Positions 57,122 to 64,000 of a DNA stretch of 64,000 nucleotides are shown here, one piece after another. The stretch is from Octopus vulgaris (lineage: Eukaryota): the NCBI GenBank assembly GCA_951406725.2, contig OX597821.1, forward strand, positions 5,828,001 to 5,892,000, written 5' to 3'. The notes beneath the pieces are model-generated. The model did no database searches and was not told the DNA's origin. It saw only the letters and a program-made list of their open reading frames with translations. Position 1 is the first letter of the stretch. Every line of letters begins with the position of its first letter. Made by a program: the position numbers and the translations under genes.

Positions 57122-57168
<47 letters not shown>

Positions 57169-57385
57169 TTGTGTGTCTGTGTTTGTCCCCCTAGCATTGC
57201 TTGACAACCGATGCTAGTGTGTTTGCGTCACCGTCACTTAGCGGTTCGACAAAGGAGACCGATAGAATAAGTACTGGACTTACAAAGAATAAGTCCCAGG
57301 GTCGATTAGCTCGACTAAAGGTGGTGCTGCAGCATGGCCGCAGTCAAATGACTGAAACAAGTAAAAGTGTAAAAGAGTAAAAGAG
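56951..57385 (+). mobile_element. Full-length bipartite tRNA/CORE SINE with central microsatellite
   Basis: A/B-box-like head, CORE-like accttgggcaagtg, (TG)n centre, 3' tail ending in gtaaaaga repeats. Confidence 0.92.
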
Positions 57386-57692
57386 TATATAGATATTAAT
57401 TATATGTGTGTGTATGATATTTACCACGTGAACTACAATAAAAAATATATGAGAAAGATATAGTATATAATTTTTGGGTGCACAGGTTCCTCGAGATACG
57501 TAATTTATTTTAAGAGTCACGCAAGGGTAAAAAGGTTGAGAAACACTGCTCTAACGTATCGCGATTCCGATACATGGCACCGTATAAAGGAAAACGTGTT
57601 GTGTCGTGAAACTCTTCCGAAAATTTGCCAAAGATGCTCGTCGAACGACTCATCAGCAAACATTATAAAGAGCTATATATATATATATATAC

Positions 57693-57948
57693 ACCGGAGT
57701 AAACACATAAATGTGAAACAAGGTGGAAAAAGAGTACTCAAATACCAGAGGTAGAGTAATATGCTTTATTTAAAGCAGCAGAAAATTCAACAAAACCTGT
57801 TACTCTGAGTTTCACGTTCCCGTTCGTCGGACAGTTTTTGCTGTCCGACGTATGTATATATATGTTTGCTAACAAAAACCGTCCGACGAACGGGAACGTG
57901 AAACTCAGAGTAACAGGTTTTGTTGAATTTTCTGCTGCTTTAAATAAA

Positions 57949-57949
<1 letters not shown>
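57693..57949. mobile_element. Small element with a 77-bp near-perfect inverted repeat; each arm carries a compact hammerhead
   Basis: Arms 57764-57840 and 57873-57949 with one mismatch; CCGACGA-ACG-ggaa-CGT-GAAA-CTC-a-GAG-T-A-ACAG. Confidence 0.85.
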
Positions 57950-57993
<44 letters not shown>

Positions 57994-58191
57994 CCGTTTC
58001 TTAATCTGTGCGATGTATGCATTTGATCTTTGTGTGTGGATCTTAGTAATGTTCATTTAGTTCCTGCTCGCATTGCCTCCGCTCAGATTAAGAAGTGGAA
58101 TATAGCTCATTTGGAGCACTACAACTCCAGTCTGTTTTATATTTGGAGTATTGTTATTACTAGCGATCTCAAGATATAATTGTGTATTTTG

Positions 58192-58230
<39 letters not shown>

Positions 58231-58233
<3 letters not shown>

Positions 58234-59402
58234 CTTTTTTAGTTTCAGCTCAGAGCTGTGGCCATGCTGATGCACCGCCGTTTTGTGCTACACTGTTATT
58301 ACTAAGAGCCTCCTCTAATATGAGGCACTTGGTGAAGCATGGAGTTTGATATAGCTACCCTCATTTGCACCTCTTGCTGTGAAGTAGGTTCATCTGGGAC
58401 TCTCGACAGGAAGAGGTTAAGCTTTGATTTAAAAACCGCTACATCTACTTTGTGCAAGTTCCTCAGACTCTTTGGGAGAATATAAAAAGCTGTGGGCCCT
58501 TGAAACCCAGGCTGTAGCAGAAGCTGGTACTGAAGCGTGATGGCATTGCTGGGATCTTTGATACTATGCAGTGTCGTCCCGTTCTGGCATTGATGTAGCT
58601 TTCAATGCCAAAATTTGGCACAATTCCTTCCAGGATCTTCCAGATATCTATTACTGCATACCTCTCCCGTCTCCTCTCCAGGGAGTAGAGTCTTAGCTGT
58701 TTCAACTTTTCCCAGTAGCTGAGCTGTTGCAAAGAGACGATTTCCTTTGTGAATCTTCTCTAGATTGCTTCAAGGTCCGCTGTTAATTTCACACTGGTGG
58801 GTGACCATAGCTGTGAACAGTAATCCAGGCGGCTGAGGACGAATGTCCACCAGAGGACCATCATGGTTTCCTTATCTCTGGTTCTGAATGTTCTTAGGAT
58901 CCACCCAGCCAGTCGTCTACACTTTGTCGCCATCCTGGTAATATGCACTTGGAAAGAGGTAACATCACTCATGTCGATACCCAGGTCCCTCACTGACTTA
59001 GGCTCTGGGATGGACCTCTTGGATTCCCTATGGACCGGTGTACCCTGTAAGTTTAATATTCAGTTTTGGATGCTGGTAGCACAGGGCCTGGAATTTTTCA
59101 GCATTAAACTGCATATTATTATCCTCAGCCCATTAATAAATTGAGTCCAATTCCTGCTGCAGGTGTGCAACATCGCTGGGGTTCTGTATTTTCTGCGAGA
59201 CTTTCGTATCATCTGCATAGCTTGCCAGAGTGGCTATCCGGGCATTTGAGGGCATATCTGAGAGGGCCACTATAAAAACAGTGGTCCCAAGACAGTGCCC
59301 TGTGGAACACCGCTCACTATTTGTGTGTTCATAGAGGTGGCTCCATTAGCCACTACTGCCTGACTCCTATCTTTCAGGAAGTCATGTAACCACTCTCCAA
59401 AC
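58231..59402 (-). mobile_element. 5'-truncated CR1-group LINE (RT C-terminal half plus 3'UTR)
   Basis: SGVPQGTVLGPLF, YADDTK (59202-59219), RDLGI, SRLDYCSQLWSP, LYSLERRRERY; frameshifts. Confidence 0.95.
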
Positions 59403-59893
59403 ATACATATATGCATATATGTATGTTTGCATGTACGCGTGCATTTATCTATATATGCAGTAGGCATGTGGTTAAGAAAGCCGTTGCTCAGTTCCATCGA
59501 TCGGAGTTCGATCCAGTGTGCTGCTGAATACAGCAAACAAGATGGATTCTCATAAAAAAAACAAAATACCCAAAGGAAGACAAACTGAAAAGACTTTTCT
59601 ATTCTCCTATAACGCTCCGACAGATACGATGTTGTTTCTCAAAGAGGTCACCGTGGGTCATTCATCGATCTCAGAACGCATTAGGTTTTTTCTTTTCTTT
59701 TTTTCTTTATAGACAATACCTTTCTACTAGTTCTGCCCTTTTTTTTTTTCAAGGTTGCGTGCACTTTAAGAGAGAATTGACTACTATTTCTACCAAATGA
59801 GCCTTTTGCCATCAACACGTGTGCTGATAAGTGTATACATGGATAGATATATATACATATATATACATATATATATACATATATATATATACA

Positions 59894-59963
<70 letters not shown>

Positions 59964-60018
59964 GACATACATATATGATATATATGTGTATGTATGTATG
60001 TATGTGTATATATATATG

Positions 60019-60050
<32 letters not shown>

Positions 60051-60111
60051 TATATATATATAATATATGTATATATATATATACACACACACACAATCAT
60101 ATACAAATATG

Positions 60112-60158
<47 letters not shown>

Positions 60159-60204
60159 GTGTATGAGTGTGTGTGTATGTATATGTATGATGTATGTATG
60201 TATG

Positions 60205-60252
<48 letters not shown>

Positions 60253-60555
60253 CATATGCTTATATATATATGAGCTTATATATATATATAAATTTTGCAC
60301 AGTCCTGCAGAATGCCATAGAGACAAGAGAGAGAACGGACGGAGCCAAAGTAATCTGATAGCAATGAATATTAATGTTAATGTTATGTTGTGTTTAACAA
60401 TCAGATCTTTACTGAAGAAATTGATTGGAACATGACTAGACTTTTCAAAACCCCTTACTTGATGATAACACTAATTGACCGACTGACTGACTGACCGACC
60501 CATGTAGAGTGTAGCAACCGCAGCAGCACTAGCGGCAGCGGCAGCAGTAGTAGTG

Positions 60556-60603
<48 letters not shown>

Positions 60604-61484
60604 ATTTTGGTGGTCGTAGTGGAAACATCACTGAGAACATCATCTTTATATTTTGTATGCTTTATCTTCACAGTTACTGATTAACCCAACACCCATATAT
60701 ATATATATATTTATATGCAGACACATACATATATATACATTTGCATACAAACACTCACGCATACATACATGCTGATATACATAACTTTATATATACTTAT
60801 ATATGAATATATATGTATATGTATGTTGTATATAATATATATATATAAACATATACATGCATATTCACACACACACACATATATATATATATATTTATAC
60901 TTAGATATGAATATATGTGTATATATATTTTGTATATAATATATATATCAACATATATATATATATATATGTATATATATACACATATATATATATACAC
61001 ATATATATACATACATACATATATATATATATATAAATGAATGTATGCGTGTATGTATGTCTGTATGTATGTATGTATGTATGTATGTATGTATGTATGT
61101 ATGTATGTATGTGTGTGTGTATATGTGTATGTATGTATGTATGCATTCAGTGAATGCGATTCTTCTCCGAGTCCTTCATCTATTTATGTTCGTTCAGATG
61201 ACGAAGAAAAGAAGAAAGGCATAAATAGGTCAAGATGCGGAACACGATCAGTATCCATCTCAGTTTTCATTGATCAGATTTTATTGTTCAGAATGCTGGG
61301 ACAGAATGCATAACGGCTTGTTGTAAAAATGGGGTCTCTATAGAAATGGCAAATTTGCTGGTGTTTGTGTGTGAGTGAATATTGAGCAAAAGAAATTACT
61401 TCTATATGCATTCTGATTAGCAGACACGTATGACCTCCACAGGAAGGGGTGCTCTTCTCCGTTTATTGATAAGCGTTTTACAGG

Positions 61485-62285
61485 AAATCTATTCTCGTGT
61501 TTGCAAATTAGACATTTCTGACTTCTTATTGAACATTTTGAACTGTTGCACCAAAATATTAAATTTCTCAGACAGACATGAACTGCAACATTTTTATCTG
61601 TCAAAGTATTAAGTTGCGGCCTCTTCAAATGAATAAATTTATGGGGATACTATCCATTCTTTTCTCCTTCAGTTTCCAGTTATAGAGGGATCGAAAGGCA
61701 AAATTTTATTTATCCCTGTTTCTAAAGATGTGGGACTTACCTATTTTGAATATCTCCTCGTTAGTCCTTTATAGTTTGTTTTACGTGGATTTTAAGTAAC
61801 ATATGTTAGTGTTGTTTTAGCTGCAGTCTGACTCCTTTGTGGTGCATTTTGCCATTGAAAAGAAGCTATTATGTTGCTATAGTTCTTGATATTCTGTCTG
61901 TTGCGCAAGCCAACGAAGAAGACTATAGCTTTAGTTCCTCGAGTTACAAGAATTAGCAACCAAGTCAACTATTTCTCAAATCTTATCTCACCGTCGTAGA
62001 AAAGAACACATAAAACGTTGAAGTGGTCACAACTGGAATTTCTTTTTGATGATTGGTCTGTTCGATCAAGGCTGACTAAACAACAGCATTTGTTGCAGCT
62101 GAATATTTCAGTTACAATATTTTCGATGCAACAATAGCTTATTTTGCCATTGCTCTTATCAAAGAGTTTGTGATATGTTAATCTTTGATGGGAAACTGCT
62201 GATGCTTTTATCATCGTCCAGAAACTTTTGGCTGTTTTAGATGCTACCCTTTTACTGCGGTGTAGGGTTAAACCAAATGGTTTAA
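61485..62285 (-). mobile_element. Decayed Penelope-like element ORF (RT thumb/linker plus GIY-YIG), Naiad-like
   Basis: Frameshifted motifs in order: WFNP, HKLFDKSNGKISYCC, YKGLT, WKLKEK, CSSCLSEKFNIL, FNKKSE, CKHENRF; interrupted near 61970-62085. Confidence 0.7.
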
Positions 62286-63504
62286 CTTTCGGTAGTCTTA
62301 TAACTGTGTGAAAGGAGAGAGGCATAGGGCTTAGGATATTGAGCTCACACCCATAAGGTTTTGGATTCGATTCCCTGATCAAGCGGCACTTTCCATGTTG
62401 CTTTGGCCTACACAACAGAAAATGAATACCAGTTGACTGCTGCTGGAGTCCTCAAGCTGTCACACTCTTGATGTTCAGCTGGACCAAGTAGGGGGGGACC
62501 GAGATAATATCTAAGTCTGCTAGCAACTATAAAAGCACCGAAAACAATAAGAAATAATATGGTACACGTTATTTATTCATACTCGCTTGCGTGTTACGGT
62601 TATGCGCTTACTCTTTTCTTTTCTTTTTCAGTATCTTCTATTCCTTGTCCTTTCAAACTGAATTTTTTTAATTCTATGTCGTTGTAGTATTGTGAAGTGC
62701 GAGTTAATATATTTTCGCCGGCAGATAGTTTCGAAATTTTCTCAATAATACTACTGAATGGTTTGTTGTCATTGTAGTCAATTAGTCACAAGTCAAACTC
62801 AATCAAAGGCTTTCTAGCCATAAACATCTGGGATCGAAGCAGGGGTGGGTTCAGACAGTTTACCTAAAATACCCTTCCAATTTAAAAAAATTACACTTCA
62901 CCAAATTTTTAGCTGATCGAACGATCAAGTAAAAACTGATTTCTGACTGCGGGTGGATGGTTATTATTAACATATCTTAACCCGACTTACCTGGACACAT
63001 AATGTCTTGATCAAAAAAACAAAAAACGCAATGATCATAGCTACATCACATTCAATCATTTATAGGTGGACTGGATCAGAACTGACCTGGGGTTTGAAAA
63101 CAACGTAGATCTACATAAACAACCATTATATATTCATAGACATCAAAACGTTCTATTATAGCTTACAAGGTCCCATGATGGCTTCCGGCCAAAATATCTA
63201 ACGATGTCGAAAAGTGTGTACTTACAATCTCTAATATCATGTTGTATCTTAGTATGAGGTTGTAACATCAACTCATTTCTGATTGGTTACCGTTACAATC
63301 CAATTATGGTAATTTATGGATGGTTACTGCTAAATTCTATTTACAATAATTTCATTTTAAGGAACTCGTTGACATTTAACCATCACCAATCAATTTTAAG
63401 CCTCGAGTTCACATCCATATATGGATATGTTCAAGTATTTAGATTATACACACACACACACATATATACATACAAACATACATACGTACATACATACAAG
63501 CATA

Positions 63505-63541
<37 letters not shown>

Positions 63542-63918
63542 CATACATATATATAGCACATATACATTTACACACATATATTGGGATACCATTACAAGCA
63601 AATACATACATAATACATACCTACATACATACACACATGCACAGACATACATATACACACGCACGTACATACATACAAATATACATACATACAAACACAC
63701 GCACACATACGTATACACATGCAGGTACGTACATACATACGTAGACAAGCATATACATAAAAGGATAGAAAAAAAAACGGGGAGAAAGATAGATTTAAGA
63801 AGTTTGTATTAAGTAAGAAAGATACGAATCTTATCTCCAAAATAACCCCTGTACTTTTTACTTTTCGTTCCTGAACTTTTATCTGTTTATGTTGGGTTTT
63901 TTTTCCCTCTGCCCACAG

Positions 63919-63983
63919 CATAAATGACGACTTAGAAGAATTTTATAAGTTTGCTGACCAGGGGAACCCATTGCGCGATACAG
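63919..63983 (+). CDS. Candidate shared internal exon E (phase 2 to 1: xINDDLEEFYKFADQGNPLRDT + G)
   Basis: Strong acceptor (t)nccctctgcccacag and donor CAG|GTAACT; only one of three frames is open; protein-like composition. Confidence 0.7.
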
Positions 63984-64000
63984 GTAACTCTCTTGCTCTC

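Noticed and set aside
60303-60349. Exon encoding [15 protein letters not shown]
   Set aside because: Weak donor (GTAATC), acceptor abuts (TA)n, and exit phase is incompatible with exon 63919.

Overview
This is eukaryotic, very AT-rich and microsatellite-saturated DNA. The SINE families and repeat content look like an octopus or other coleoid cephalopod (inference). Almost every ORF in the supplied track is a simple-repeat artefact. Real content: (i) many decayed transposons (two mariners, a Tc1, a mariner MITE, CR1-, RTE-, Tx1- and R4/Dong-like LINE fragments, a Penelope-like ORF remnant, several tRNA-derived SINE families); (ii) a few short, splice-site-bounded, phase-compatible + strand exon candidates (2232-2287, 13329-13378, 14883-14924, 41221-41287, 63919-63983), suggesting the 5' introns of one large unidentified gene with alternative first exons; (iii) about ten hammerhead-ribozyme motifs in at least six small non-autonomous repeat families. 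The most novel are a family whose three hammerhead strands lie in a non-circularly permuted order, with compensatory base changes between copies (5787-5842, 10340-10396; an unrelated third case at 99-165), and a tRNA-headed, hammerhead-tailed element found twice as a head-to-head palindrome (7300-7723, 24009-24585). All structures were derived by eye; no folding or database search was run, and ribozyme activity and the gene model are untested.
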